A stretch of DNA of 63,677 nucleotides, the filler included, from Octopus bimaculoides (lineage: Eukaryota): the NCBI RefSeq assembly GCF_001194135.2. It is 6 parts of 6 records of this genome, joined end to end, with 100 filler letters (N's around TTAATTAATTAA, not from the genome) between each part and the next. Parts side by side here need not be neighbours in the genome. Positions count along the whole stretch, not along the records: positions 1 to 15,443 come from NW_026366871.1; 5 more parts are not named here. One strand, given 5' to 3'. The position numbers and the translations under genes were made by a program. The notes below the pieces were generated by a model, which was given only the letters and a program-made list of their open reading frames with translations, was not told the DNA's origin and did no database searches. Below are positions 1-13,867 of this stretch, piece after piece. Every line of letters starts with the position of its first letter. Position 1 is the first letter of the stretch.

Positions 1-1163
1 GAGAGAGAGAGACAGAGAGAGAGCAGGAAAGGTAGGGAATGGCGGGGAAACATCAATGCATAAGGTGGCGGAGAAGAGGGAGAGACAGAGATAGAGAGAG
101 AAAGAGAGAGTATAAGGTAAGTAAGTAAATTAGGGAGGAAGAGCATTATAGGAATGTATATTAATAGGGGAGAGAGAAAGGAACAGAGAGAGGGAGAGAG
201 GGAGAGAGAGAGACAGAGAGAGAGGAGGAAAGGTAGGGAATGGAAGGGAAACATCAATGCATGAGGTGGTGGAGAAGAGGGAGAGACAGAGATAGAGGGA
301 GACAGAGATAGAGAGAGAAAGAGAGAGTATAAGGTAAGTAAGTAAATTAGGGAGGAAGACAATTATAGGAATGTATAATAATAGGGGAAAGAGAAAGGGA
401 CAGAGAGAGAGAGAGAGAGAGAGTAGGAAAGGTAGGGAATGGCAGGGAAACATCAATGCATAAGGTGGCGGAGAAGAGGGAGAGGTNNNNNNNNNNNNNN
501 NNNNNNNNNNNNNNNNNNNNNNNNNNNNNNNNNNNNNNNNNNNNNNNNNNNNNNNNNNNNNNNNNNNNNNNNNNNNNNNNNNNNNNNNNNNNNNNNNNNN
601 NNNNNNNNNNNNNNNNNNNNNNNNNNNNNNNNNNNNNNNNNNNNNNNNNNNNNNNNNNNNNNNNNNNNNNNNNNNNNNNNNNNNNNNNNNNNNNNNNNNN
701 NNNNNNNNNNNNNNNNNNNNNNNNNNNNNNNNNNNNNNNNNNNNNNNNNNNNNNNNNNNNNNNNNNNNNNNNNNNNNNNNNNNNNNNNNNNNNNNNNNNN
801 NNNNNNNNNNNNNNNNNNNNNNNNNNNNNNNNNNNNNNNNNNNNNNNNNNNNNNNNNNNNNNNNNNNNNNNNNNNNNNNNNNNNNNNNNNNNNNNNNNNN
901 NNNNNNNNNNNNNNNNNNNNNNNNNNNNNNNNNNNNNNNNNNNNNNNNNNNNNNNNNNNNNNNNNNNNNNNNNNNNNNNNNNNNNNNNNNNNNNNNNNNN
1001 NNNNNNNNNNNNNNNNNNNGAAGCATCAATGCATAAGGTGGCGGAGAAAAAGGAGAGACAGAGATAGGGAAAGAAAGAGAGAGTATAAGGTAAGAAAATA
1101 AATTAGGGAGGAAGCGCATTATAGGAATGTATATTAATAGGGGAGAGAGAAAGGGACACAGAG

Positions 1164-1203
<40 letters not shown>

Positions 1204-1920
1204 AAAGGTAGGGAATGGCAGGGAAACATCAATGCATAAGGTGGCGGAGAAGAGGGAGAGGTAGAGATAGAAAGAGAAAGAGAGAGTATAAGGAAAGTAT
1301 GTAAATTAAGGAGGAAGAGCATTATAGGAATGTATATTAATAGGGGAGAGAGAAAGGGACACAGAGAGAGAGAGAGTAAAAGAGAGAAAGAAAGAGAGGT
1401 AGGGAATGGCAGGGAAACATCAATACATGAGGTGGCGGAGAAGAAGGAGAGACAGTGATAGAGAGAGAAAGAGGGAGTATAAGGCAAGTAAGTAAATTAG
1501 GGAGGAAGAGTATTATGGGAATGTATATTAACAGGGGAGAGAGAAAGCGAGTGAGAGAGAGAGAGAGAGAGAGGAGGAAAGGTAGGGAATGGCAGGGAAA
1601 CATCAATGCATAAAGTGGCGGAGAAGAGGGAGAGGCAGTGATAGAGAGAGAAAGAGAGAGTATAAGGTAAGTAAATTAGGGAGGAAGAGCATTATAGGAA
1701 TGTATATTAATAGGGGAGAGAGAAAGGGACAGAGAGAGGGAGAGAGAGAGCGAGAGAGAAGGAGAGGTAGGGAATGGCAGGGAATCATCAATGCATAAGG
1801 TGGCGGAGAAGAAGGAGAGACAGAGATAGAAAGAGAAAGAGAGAGTATAATGTAAGTAAGTAAATTAAAGAGGAAGAGCATTATAGGAATGTATATTAAT
1901 AGGGGAAAGAGAAAGGGAGA

Positions 1921-1964
<44 letters not shown>

Positions 1965-2725
1965 GAGGAGGAAAGGTAGGGAATGGCAGGGAAACATCAA
2001 TGCATAAGGTGGCGGAGAAGAAGGAGAGACAGTGATAGAGAGAGAAAGAGAGAGTATAAGGCAAGTAAGTAAATTAGGGAGGAAGAGCATTATAGGAATG
2101 TATATTAATAGGGGAGAGAGAAAGGGACAGAGAGAGAGAGAGAGAGAAAGAGAGAGGGAGAGAAGGAAAGGTAGGGAATGGCAGGGAAGCACCAATGCAT
2201 AAGGTGGCGGAGAAGAAGGAGTGACAGTGATAGAGAGAGAAAGAGAGAGTATAAGGTAAGTAAGTAAATTAGGTAGGAAGAGCATTATAGGAATGTATAT
2301 TAATAGGGAGGGAGAAAGGGACAGAGAAAGAGAGAGAGAGAGAGAGAGGGAGAGAGAAAGAGAGAAATAGAGAGAGAGAAGGAAAGCTAGGGAATGGCAG
2401 GGAAACGTCAATGCATAAGGTGGCGGAGAAGAGGGAGAGACAGAGATAGAGAGAGAAAGAGAGAGTATAAGGTAAGTAAATTAGGGAGGAAGAGCATTAT
2501 AGGAACGTATATTAATAGGGGAGAGAGAAAGGGACAGAGAGAGGGAGAGAGAGAGAGAGAGAGAGAGAAGGAAAAGTAGGGAATGGCAGGGAAACATCAA
2601 TGAATACGGTGGCGGAGAAGAGGAAGCGACAGAGATAGAGAGAGAAAGAGAGACTATAAGGTAAGTAAGTAAATTAGGGAGGAAGTGTATTATAGGAATG
2701 TATATTAATAGGGGAGAGAGAAAGG

Positions 2726-2764
<39 letters not shown>

Positions 2765-2922
2765 TGGTAGGGAATGGCAGGGAAACATCAATGCATAAGG
2801 TGGCGGAGACGAAGGAGAGACAGAGATAGAAAAAGAAAGAGAGAGTATAAGGTAAGTAAATTAAGGAGGAAGAGCATTATAGGAATGTATATTAATAGGG
2901 GAGAGGGAAAGGGACAGAGAGA

Positions 2923-2963
<41 letters not shown>

Positions 2964-3125
2964 AAAGGTAGGGAATGGCAGGGGAACATCAATGCATAAA
3001 GAGGCGGAGAAGAAGGAGAGACAGAGATAGGGAAAGAAAGAGAGAGTATAAGGTAAGAAAATAAATTAGGGAGAAAGAGCATTATAGGAATGTATATTAA
3101 TAGGGGAGAAAGAAAGGGACAGAAA

Positions 3126-3172
<47 letters not shown>

Positions 3173-4850
3173 AGAGATAGAGAGAAGGAAAGGTAGAGAA
3201 TGGCAGGGAAACATCAATGCCTAAGGTGGCGGAGAAAAGGAGAGTCAGAGATATAGAGAGAAAGTGAGAGTATAAGGTAAGTAAGTAAATTAGGGATGAA
3301 GAGCATTATAGGAAAGTATATTAATAGGGGAGAGAGAAAGGTACAAAGAGAGGGAGAGAGAGAGAGAGAAAGAAGGAAAGGTAGGGAATGGCAGGGAAGC
3401 ATCAATGCATAAGGTTGCGGAGAAGAAGGAGAAACAGAGATACGGAAACAAAGAGAGAGTATAAGGTAAGAAAATAAATTAGGGAGAAAGAGCATTATAG
3501 GAATGTATATTAATAGCGGAGATAGAAAGGGACAGAGAGAGAGAGAGAGAGAGAAGGAAAGGTTGGGAATGGCAGGGAAACGTCAATGCATAAGGTGGCG
3601 GAGAAGAGGGAGAGAGAGAGAGAGAGAGAGAGAAGGAAAGGTAGAGAATGGCAGGGAAACATCAATGCATAAGGTGGCTGAGAAGAAGGAGAGACACAGA
3701 TAGGGAAAGAAAGAGAGTGTATAAGGTAAGAAAATAAATTAGGGAGGAAGAGCATTATAGGAATGTATATTAATAGCGGAGAGAGAAAGGGAAGGAGAGA
3801 GATAGAGAGAGAGGGAGAGAGAGAGGGAGAGAAGGAAAGGTAGGGAATGGCAGGGAAACACCAATGCATAAGGTGGCGCAGAAGAAGGAGAGACAGAGAT
3901 AGAGAGAGAAAGAGAGAGTATAAGGTAAGTAAATAAATTAGGGAGGAAGAGNNNNNNNNNNNNNNNNNNNNNNNNNNNNNNNNNNNNNNNNNNNNNNNNN
4001 NNNNNNNNNNNNNNNNNNNNNNNNNNNNNNNNNNNNNNNNNNNNNNNNNNNNNNNNNNNNNNNNNNNNNNNNNNNNNNNNNNNNNNNNNNNNNNNNNNNN
4101 NNNNNNNNNNNNNNNNNNNNNNNNNNNNNNNNNNNNNNNNNNNNNNNNNNNNNNNNNNNNNNNNNNNNNNNNNNNNNNNNNNNNNNNNNNNNNNNNNNNN
4201 NNNNNNNNNNNNNNNNNNNNNNNNNNNNNNNNNNNNNNNNNNNNNNNNNNNNNNNNNNNNNNNNNNNNNNNNNNNNNNNNNNNNNNNNNNNNNNNNNNNN
4301 NNNNNNNNNNNNNNNNNNNNNNNNNNNNNNNNNNNNNNNNNNNNNNNNNNNNNNNNNNNNNNNNNNNNNNNNNNNNNNNNNNNNNNNNNNNNNNNNNNNN
4401 NNNNNNNNNNNNNNNNNNNNNNNNNNNNNNNNNNNNNNNNNNNNNNNNNNNNNNNNNNNNNNNNNNNNNNNNNNNNNNNNNNNNNNNNNNNNNNNNNNNN
4501 NNNNNNNNNNNNNNNNNNNNNNNNNNNNNNNNNNNNNNNNNNNNNNNNNNNNNNNNNNNNNNNNNNNNNNNNNNNNNNNNNNNNNNNNNNNNNNNNNNNN
4601 NNNNNNNNNNNNNNNNNNNNNNNNNNNNNNNNNNNNNNNNNNNNNNNNNNNNNNNNNNNNNNNNNNNNNTGAGAGAGAGAGAGAGAGAGAAGGAAAGGGA
4701 GGGAATGGCAGAGAAGCATCAATGCATAAGGTGGCGGAGAAGAGGGAGAGGCAGAGATAGAGAGAGAAAGAGAGAGTATAAGGTAAGTAAATAAATTAGG
4801 GAGGAAGAGCTTTATAGGAATGTATATTAATAGGGGAGAGAGAAAGGGAC

Positions 4851-4883
<33 letters not shown>

Positions 4884-5380
4884 CGGAAAGGTAGGGAATG
4901 ACAGGGAAACACCAATGCATAAGGTGGCGGAGAAGAAGGAGAGACAGAGATAGAGAGAGAAAGAGAGAGTATAAGGTAAGTAAGTAAATTAGGTAGGAAG
5001 AGCATTATAGGAACGTATATTAATAGGTNNNNNNNNNNNNNNNNNNNNNNNNNNNNNNNNNNNNNNNNNNNNNNNNNNNNNNNNNNNNNNNNNNNNNNNN
5101 NNNNNNNNNNNNNNNNNNNNNNNNNNNNNNNNNNNNNNNNNNNNNNNNNNNNNNNNNNNNNNNNNNNNNNNNNNNNNNNNNNNNNNNNNNNNNNNNNNNN
5201 NNNNNNNNNNNNNNNNNNNNNNNNNNNNNNNNNNNNNNNNNNNNNNNNNNNNNNNNNNNNNNNNNNNNNNNNNNNNNNNNNNNNNNNNNNNNNNNNNNNN
5301 NNNNNNNNNNNNNNNNNNNNNNNNNNNNNNNNNNNNNNNNTTTATAGGAATGTATATTAATAGGGGAGAGAGAAAGGGAC

Positions 5381-5413
<33 letters not shown>

Positions 5414-5686
5414 CGGAAAGGTAGGGAATGACAGGGAAACACCAATGCATAAGGTGGCGGAGAAGAAGGAGAGACAGAGATAGAGAGAGAAAGAGAGAGT
5501 ATAAGGTAAGTAAGTAAATTAGGTAGGAAGAGCATTATAGGAACGTATATTAATAGGTGAGAGAGAAAAGGACAGAGAGAGTGAGAGAGAGAAAGAGAGA
5601 GAGAGAGAAGGAAAGGTAGGGAATAACAGGGAAACATCAATGCATGAGGTGGCAAACAAGAGGGAGAGACAGAGATAAAGAGAGAA

Positions 5687-5733
<47 letters not shown>

Positions 5734-6290
5734 GCAAGGTAGGGAATGGCAGGGAAACATCAATGCATAAGGTGGCGGAGAAGACGGAGAGACAGAGAGA
5801 GAGAGAGAAAGAAAGAGAGAGTATAAGGTAAGTAAGTAAATTAGGGAGGAAGAGCATTATAGGAATTCATATTAATAGGGGAGCGAGAAAGGGACAGAGA
5901 GTGAGAGAGAGAGACAAAGAGAGAGAGCGAGAGAGAAAGAGAAGGAAAGGGAGGGAATGGCAGGGAAGCGTCAATGCATAAGGTGGCGGAGAAGTGGGAG
6001 AGGCAGAGATAGAGAGAGAAAGAGAGAGTATAAGGTAAGTAAATTAATTAGGGAAGACAAGCATTATAGGAATGTATATTAATAGGGGAGAGAGAAAGGG
6101 ACAAAGAGAGAGAGAGAGAGGGAGAAAGAGAGAAGGATTGGTAGGGATTGGCAGGGAAACATCAATGCACAAGGTGGCGGAGAAGAGGGAGAGACAGAGA
6201 TAGGGAGAGAAAGAGAGAGTATAAGGTAAGTATGTAAATTAGGGAGGAAGAGCATTATAGGAATGTATTTTAATAGGGGAGAGAGAAATG

Positions 6291-6332
<42 letters not shown>

Positions 6333-6897
6333 AAGAGGGAGAGAGAGAGAGAGAAGGAAAGGTAGGGAATGGCAGGGAAACATCAATGCATAAGGCGGCG
6401 GAGAAGAGGGAGAGACAGAGATAGAGAGAGAAAGAGAGAGTATAAGGTAAGTAAGTAAATTAGGGAGAAAGAGCATTATAGGAACGTATATTAATAGGGG
6501 AGAGAGAAAGGGAAAGTGAGAGAGAGAGAGAGAGGGAGAGGGAGAGAAGGAAAGGTAGGGAATGACAGGGAAACACCAATGCAAAAGGTGGCGGAGAAGG
6601 AGAGACAGAGATAGAGAGAGAAAGAGAGAGTATAAGGTATGTAAGTAAATTAGGTAGGAAGAGCATTATAGGAACGTATATTAATAGGGGAGAGAGAAAG
6701 GGACAGAGAGAGAGAGAGAGAGAGAATGAGAGAGAGAGAGAGAAGGAAAGGTAGAGAATAACAGGGAAACGTCAATGCATAATGTGCCGGAGAAGAGGGA
6801 GAGACAGAGATAGAGAGAGAAAGAGAGAGTATAAGGTAAGTAAGTAAATTTGGGAGGAAGAGCATTATAGGAATGTATATTAATAGGGGATAGAGAA

Positions 6898-6949
<52 letters not shown>

Positions 6950-7106
6950 AAAGGTAGGGAATGGCATGTAAACATGAATGCATAAGGTGGCGGAGAAGAA
7001 GGAGAGGCAGAGATAGAGAGAAAAAGAGAGAGTATAAGGTAAGTAAGTAAATTTATGAGGAAGAGCATTATAGGAAGGTATATTAATAGGGGAGAGTGAA
7101 AGGGAC

Positions 7107-7152
<46 letters not shown>

Positions 7153-7310
7153 GGTCGAAGGTAGGGAATGGCAGGGAAACATCAATGCATGAGGTGGTGG
7201 AGAAGAGAGAGAGACAGAGATAGAGAAAGAAACAGAGAGTATAAGGTAAGTAAGTAAATTAGGGAGGAAGTGCATTATAGGAATGTATATTAATAGGGGA
7301 TAGAGAAATG

Positions 7311-7364
<54 letters not shown>

Positions 7365-8013
7365 AAAAGAGAGAGAGTGAGAGAGAAGGAAAGGTCGGGA
7401 ATGGCTGGGAAGCAACAATGCATAAGGTGGCGGAGAAGAAAGAGAGACAGAGATAGAGAGAGACAGAGATAGAGAGAGACAGAGATAGAGAGAGAAAGAG
7501 AGAATGCAGGGTAAGTAACTAAATTAGGGAGGAAGAGCATTATAGGAATGTATATTAATAGGGGACAGAGAAAGGGACAGAGAGAGGGAGAGAGAGAGAG
7601 AGAGAGAGATAAGGAAATGTAAGGAATGGCAGGGAAACATCAATGTATAAGGTGGCGGAGAAGAGGGAGAGGCAAAGATAGAGAGAAAATAGAGAGTATA
7701 AGGTAAGTAAGTAAATTAGTGAGGAAGAGCATTATAGCAACGTATATTAATAGGGGAGAGTGAAAGGGACAGAGAGAGGGAGTGAGAGAGAGAGAGAGAG
7801 AGATAGAAAGAGAGAGAGATAGAGAGAAAGAGAGAGAGAGAGAGAAAGAGAGAAGGAAAGGTAGGGAATGGCAGGGAAACATCAAAGCATAAGGTGGCGG
7901 AGAAGAGGGAGAGACAGAGATAGAGAGAGAAAGAGAGAGTATAAGGTAAGTAACTAAATTAGGGAGGAAGACCATTATAGGTATGTATATTAATAGGGGA
8001 GAGTGAAAGGGAC

Positions 8014-8044
<31 letters not shown>

Positions 8045-9898
8045 TAGAGGGGGAAGGTAGGGAATGGCAGGGAAACATCAAAGCATAAGGTGGCGGAGAA
8101 GAGGGAGAGGCAGAGATAGCGAGAGAAAGAGAGAGTATAAGGTAAGTAAGTAAATTAGGTAGGAAGACCATTATAGGAATGTGTATTAATAGGGGATAGA
8201 GAAATGGACAGAGAGAGAGAAAGAGACAGAGAGAGATAGAAAGAGAGAGAGAAAGAGANNNNNNNNNNNNNNNNNNNNNNNNNNNNNNNNNNNNNNNNNN
8301 NNNNNNNNNNNNNNNNNNNNNNNNNNNNNNNNNNNNNNNNNNNNNNNNNNNNNNNNNNNNNNNNNNNNNNNNNNNNNNNNNNNNNNNNNNNNNNNNNNNN
8401 NNNNNNNNNNNNNNNNNNNNNNNNNNNNNNNNNNNNNNNNNNNNNNNNNNNNNNNNNNNNNNNNNNNNNNNNNNNNNNNNNNNNNNNNNNNNNNNNNNNN
8501 NNNNNNNNNNNNNNNNNNNNNNNNNNNNNNNNNNNNNNNNNNNNNNNNNNNNNNNNNNNNNNNNNNNNNNNNNNNNNNNNNNNNNNNNNNNNNNNNNNNN
8601 NNNNNNNNNNNNNNNNNNNNNNNNNNNNNNNNNNNNNNNNNNNNNNNNNNNNNNNNNNNNNNNNNNNNNNNNNNNNNNNNNNNNNNNNNNNNNNNNNNNN
8701 NNNNNNNNNNNNNNNNNNNNNNNNNNNNNNNNNNNNNNNNNNNNNNNNNNNNNNNNNNNNNNNNNNNNNNNNNNNNNNNNNNNNNNNNNNNNNNNNNNNN
8801 NNNNNNNNNNNNNNNNNNNNNNNNNNNNNNNNNNNNNNNNNNNNNNNNNNNNNNNNNNNNNNNNNNNNNNNNNNNNNNNNNNNNNNNNNNNNNNNNNNNN
8901 NNNNNNNNNNNNNNNNNNNNNNNNNNNNNNNNNNNNNNNNNNNNNNNNNNNNNNNNNNNNNNNNNNNNNNNNNNNNNNNNNNNNNNNNNNNNNNNNNNNN
9001 NNNNNNNNNNNNNNNNNNNNNNNNNNNNNNNNNNNNNNNNNNNNNNNNNNNNNNNNNNNNNNNNNNNNNNNNNNNNNNNNNNNNNNNNNNNNNNNNNNNN
9101 NNNNNNNNNNNNNNNNNNNNNNNNNNNNNNNNNNNNNNNNNNNNNNNNNNNNNNNNNNNNNNNNNNNNNNNNTAGGGGAGAGTGAAAGGGACAGAGAGAG
9201 AGAGAGAGAAAGAGAGAGAGATAGAGGGGGGAAGGTAGGGAATGGCACGGAAACATCAATGCATGAGGTGGTGGAGAAGAAGGAGAGACAGAGATAGAGA
9301 GAGAAAGAGAGAGTATAAGGTAAGTAAGTAAATTAGGTAGGAAGACCATTATAGGAATGTGTATTAATAGGGGATAGAGAAATGGACAGAGAGAGAGAAA
9401 GAGACAGAGAGAGATAGAAAGAGAGAGAGAAAGAGAGAAGGAAAGGTAGGGAATGGCAGGGAAACATCAATGCATAAGGTGACGGAGAAGAGGGAGAGGC
9501 AGAGATAGAGGGAGAAAGAGAGAGTATAAGGTAAGTAAGTAAATTAGGGAGGAAGAGCATTATAGGAATGTATATTAATAGGGGACAGAGAAAGGGACAG
9601 AGAGAGAGAGAGAGAGAGAGAGATAGAGTATAAGGTAAGTAAGTAAATTAGGGAGGAAGAGCATTATAGGAATGTATATTAATAGGGGAGAGAAAAAAGG
9701 AGAGAGAGAGAGAGAGAAGGAAAGGTAGGGAATGGCAGGGAAACATCAATGCATAAGGTGGCGGAGAAGAAGGAGAGACAGAGATAGAAAGAGAAAGAGA
9801 GAGTATAAGGTAAGTAAGTAAATTAGGGAGGAAGAGCATTATAGGAATGTATATTAATAGGGGAGAGAAAAAAGGAGAGAGAGAGAGAGAGAAGGAAA
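1..9898 (+). repeat. ~200-bp purine-rich tandem satellite: module A + (GA)n + module B + (GA)n; about 40 units visible, interrupted by N gaps
   Basis: Module A GGAAAGGTAGGGAATGGCAGGGAAACATCAATGCATAAGGTGGCGGAGAAG and module B GTATAAGGTAAGTAAGTAAATTAGGGAGGAAGAGCATTATAGGAATGTATATTAATAGGGG recur about every 190-230 bp (module A near 28, 228, 425, 1203, 1395, 1578 ...). Length variation lies in the GA tracts. Confidence 0.97.
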
Positions 9899-11146
9899 NN
9901 NNNNNNNNNNNNNNNNNNNNNNNNNNNNNNNNNNNNNNNNNNNNNNNNNNNNNNNNNNNNNNNNNNNNNNNNNNNNNNNNNNNNNNNNNNNNNNNNNNNN
10001 NNNNNNNNNNNNNNNNNNNNNNNNNNNNNNNNNNNNNNNNNNNNNNNNNNNNNNNNNNNNNNNNNNNNNNNNNNNNNNNNNNNNNNNNNNNNNNNNNNNN
10101 NNNNNNNNNNNNNNNNNNNNNNNNNNNNNNNNNNNNNNNNNNNNNNNNNNNNNNNNNNNNNNNNNNNNNNNNNNNNNNNNNNNNNNNNNNNNNNNNNNNN
10201 NNNNNNNNNNNNNNNNNNNNNNNNNNNNNNNNNNNNNNNNNNNNNNNNNNNNNNNNNNNNNNNNNNNGGGGGGGGGGAAGGTGACAGAGAAAAAGAAGGC
10301 AAACTATAAATATATTTGCTGAAAGAGGAAGAGTAAGAGGTAATAAAGAATGCAAAAGGGGCGGAGTCAAATAAAGAAGAAAAACTAAGGCTAATAACTC
10401 TTATTACATCCCTTTTTAGTTGAAACTATTATTTTCCACATCAATGATTTGCTTCTCTTTTGACATTTAACATTTTCGCTTTTTCTCTCTTCCGATTCTT
10501 ACTCCTCAGCTTCACTCTTCCCGACAATCGTCGCACAGCCCCTATTGAGGTTGCACCTGCTAGAAATCACAGCCTAATCTCACATAAGAAATGTTAAAAT
10601 AATTAAATCTTTTTTTTAATTTCAGAGAAATTCATTTAATTTCTATTTGATGAGAAAACTCCAAAGAAAAGCTAGTTGCAATGCATTACAAAGATGATGT
10701 AGCAATAATATGCATAGTGCAGTGTAGTGCAGCCGTGCACCAGTTGTCGTCCGTCTTTAAGCTGCAAAAATGTTGTCCTATTTTCGTTACATCGTCATTG
10801 TTGAATTTGTTTTCTACGATCGTCACAAGTGTTTGCCGTGGAAAGCTTCAGCCATTTCTTAAATAAATTTACAATTTAGAAATAAATTTCACTTGGGAAA
10901 GAAAATCAGTCTTAATTTATATGGTTAGGGGCTTTTTAGGGATTCGTTCCTTCAACCCCTGACCTTTTAAAACGAAAGATTATCGAGATGGATGTAAATT
11001 AGATTAAAAGAAACGATATTACGACTACAGCGTGAAACATTCGACGTCTTCTTCTGTCCATGAATAAAAGTGGAAGAGGAATTTTAATGATCAGAAATAT
11101 GTCTTGGAAAAAATTATTTGTTTTATAAATGGAAATTACACACATA

Positions 11147-11522
11147 CAGGTGTGGCTGTGTGGTTAGAAGCTTGCTTGCCAACCACATGTTTCTGGTTTC
11201 AGTCCTACTGCGGGGCAACTTGGGAAAAGCGTCTTCGACTATAACCTCGAATCAACCACAGCCTTTTTAGTGGATTTGGTAGAGGGAAAATAAAATAAGT
11301 CTTTCGCAGGTAAGCATACGCTTGTGTGTGTGTGTTTGCATTTGACAACCAGTGTTTGTACGTTTACGTCCTCGTAATTGAGCCGTTTGGCAAAATACAC
11401 CGATAGAAGTACCACGCATAAAATAAAAACATAAAGTACCTAACAACTCTATTCAAATCCATCAAATCGGTGCCCCAGCATGGCCGCAAACAAAAGACTA
11501 AATCCAGTAAAATATAAAAGAT
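11147..11522 (+). mobile_element. Decayed tRNA-derived SINE, family A (octopod-type)
   Basis: Colinear with the better copy at 28153-28569: head GTGGCTGTGTGGTTAGAAGCTTGC, internal (TG)n, and CCCAGCATGGCCGCA ... AGTAAAA tail. Confidence 0.85.
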
Positions 11523-11729
11523 TTAAATAAAACAATCTTTTCCATATTACCTCAACAGATTCGCCGATTTATAAACACTTCGATCTCTTATTTACATTAA
11601 ATCATATTTGGAAATGCTCAGACTTTGCAGGAACAGAAATTCTGTTTCACACAATAGAAATGAATAGAGTTTAAAGCAAAAAAAGGGATTTAATTAGAGT
11701 TATTAGCCTTGAACTGTCTCTGATCATTT

Positions 11730-12111
11730 TTTTTTTTGGTCTTTCTTTTATTTCTTTCGATCTTCCTTTCTTTCTTTCGATCTTTCTTTCGATCTTTCTT
11801 TGTTTGTTTGTTTGTTTGTTTCTTTCTTTCTTTCTTTCTTTCTTTCTTTCGATCTTTCTTTCTTTCGTCCTTCCGTTCGTTCTTTCGTTCTTACTTTCGT
11901 GCATTCTTTCTTTGCTCATTCCTTTCTTTCTGTCTCTCTGTCTCTCTCCCTCTCTTTCTCCCCCCTCTCTCTCCCCTCCAATACATATCAGTCTCCCTCC
12001 TCTTCGTCTCCTCTCTCTCTCAGCACCTCATTATATATTCATTTCAACAACTCCGCCTCTCTTCGTATATCGCTCAGCCCTTGCTCTCCCTCCCTTACTG
12101 ATAAGATCACA

Positions 12112-12169
<58 letters not shown>

Positions 12170-12712
12170 TTCATTCTCGTCAGAGAGATGAGTCCACATC
12201 ATGCTAGAAATACCTGCCAAATGCACTTCAATTTACATCCTCTTTTATACTAAATTCAAAGCCATTTTAAGAAGCATTAATTAAAAACTTTTCCTGAATG
12301 TGGTCAGTCTCCATGCTTGAAATAGAAACCAAGAGACTTTAATTTCANNNNNNNNNNNNNNNNNNNNNNNNNNNNNNNNNNNNNNNNNNNNNNNNNNNNN
12401 NNNNNNNNNNNNNNNNNNNNNNNNNNNNNNNNNNNNNNNNNNNNNNNNNNNNNNNNNNNCTTCAAATTTGTGTTGCTTTTCAATAAAACAAAAAGAGAGA
12501 GAAACAAGACACTTGACGAAGCTTCAATAAAATGTATTTTCCTACAGATGCTCTGGCATCATGCTAGAAATAACAGCCAAGTATCGTAAGCTTTTGTGTT
12601 TCCTATCAAAAATAGATGCTTAGAAAATACACTCTCTTCCCCACTATTATATATCAATGTCTCACTCCACCTCTCTTGCTCTCTCTCTCATACATCCAGA
12701 GTCAACCTCTCT

Positions 12713-12758
<46 letters not shown>

Positions 12759-13818
12759 CATTCGCTGCCCTTCTCACTCTCTCTCTCTCTTTCTCTCTCT
12801 CAGACAATTTATACATTTTTGCATAACTCCTCCTCCTTATCGTTTCCTCTCTCTCTCTCATCCGATACCTTCCCTCTCTCACAAATCATACGCCTTCTTT
12901 TTTTCTCCTCCTCCCCTTTCCTCTCTCTGTACTACCTCCTATATTTCAATATCCCTCCACCTCTTTGCTTTTCCTCCCACCTCACTCTTCTATACATCAT
13001 TATCTCTCACTACTCCTCATTATGTAATATTCTACCACCCTGCCTCTTTTACCTTATTTCTTACTTCCTCTCTTTCTCTCTCGTTTATTGACCAAATCTC
13101 TTCGCCTTTCTTTCATTCTCTCTCTCTCTTTCTTCCTTTCCTTCCCTCTTTCTATATTATTCTTTCTTTCTTTCTTTCTTTCTCCCTTTTCTCTTTGTTT
13201 TCTTTCGTTCTCCATTTCCGTCTTTCTTTCTTTCTTTCTTCTTTTCCTTCTTTCTTTTCTTCTTCTCAGCTTTCTTTCTTTCTTTTTTCTTCTTCTCTGA
13301 TTTCCTTCTTTCGTCCCTTCTCCTCTCCTATCTTTCTTTGCTTCTTTCCGTCTTTCTTTATTTCATTCTTTCTTTCTTTCTTTCTTCTTTCCCTTCTTTC
13401 TCTCCTTCTTTTCTGCTTTCTTTATTTATTTCTTCTTCTTCTCTGATTTCCTTCTTTCGTCCCTTCTCCTCTCCTATCTTTCTTTCTTTCTTTCTTTCTT
13501 TCTCTGTTTCTTTCTTTCTCTGTTTCTTTCTTCTTTTCCTTCTTTCTTTCCTTCTTCTCTGCTTTCTTTCTTTATTTTTTCTTCTTCCCTGATTTCCTTC
13601 TTTCGTCCCTTCTCTTCTCCTATCTTTCTTTCTTCCTTTCTCTCTTTATTTCTGTTTTCCTTGCATCCTCTCTCTACCCTCTCTCTTTCTCTTTCTCACT
13701 CTCTCTCTCTCTTCCCCCTCTCTCTTTCCCTCCCTCTCCTCTACCTTATATATTTCTCTATCATTCCTAATTTCTGCTGTCTCTTTCAACGCAACACACT
13801 GTGTTATTAATCAAATTT

Positions 13819-13867
<49 letters not shown>

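Noticed and set aside
4811-5558. Identical ~218-bp blocks on both sides of a gap (4811-5028 and 5341-5558); similar cases around 8150-9430 and 27130-27280
   Set aside because: Most likely unmerged contig overlaps (false duplications) rather than recent duplications.
1-9898. Repeat-spacer appearance suggesting a CRISPR array, and many Leu/Ser-rich or Arg/Glu-rich ORFs
   Set aside because: The spacers are only (GA)n of variable length, there are no cas genes, and the context is eukaryotic. The ORFs are translations of the satellite and microsatellite.
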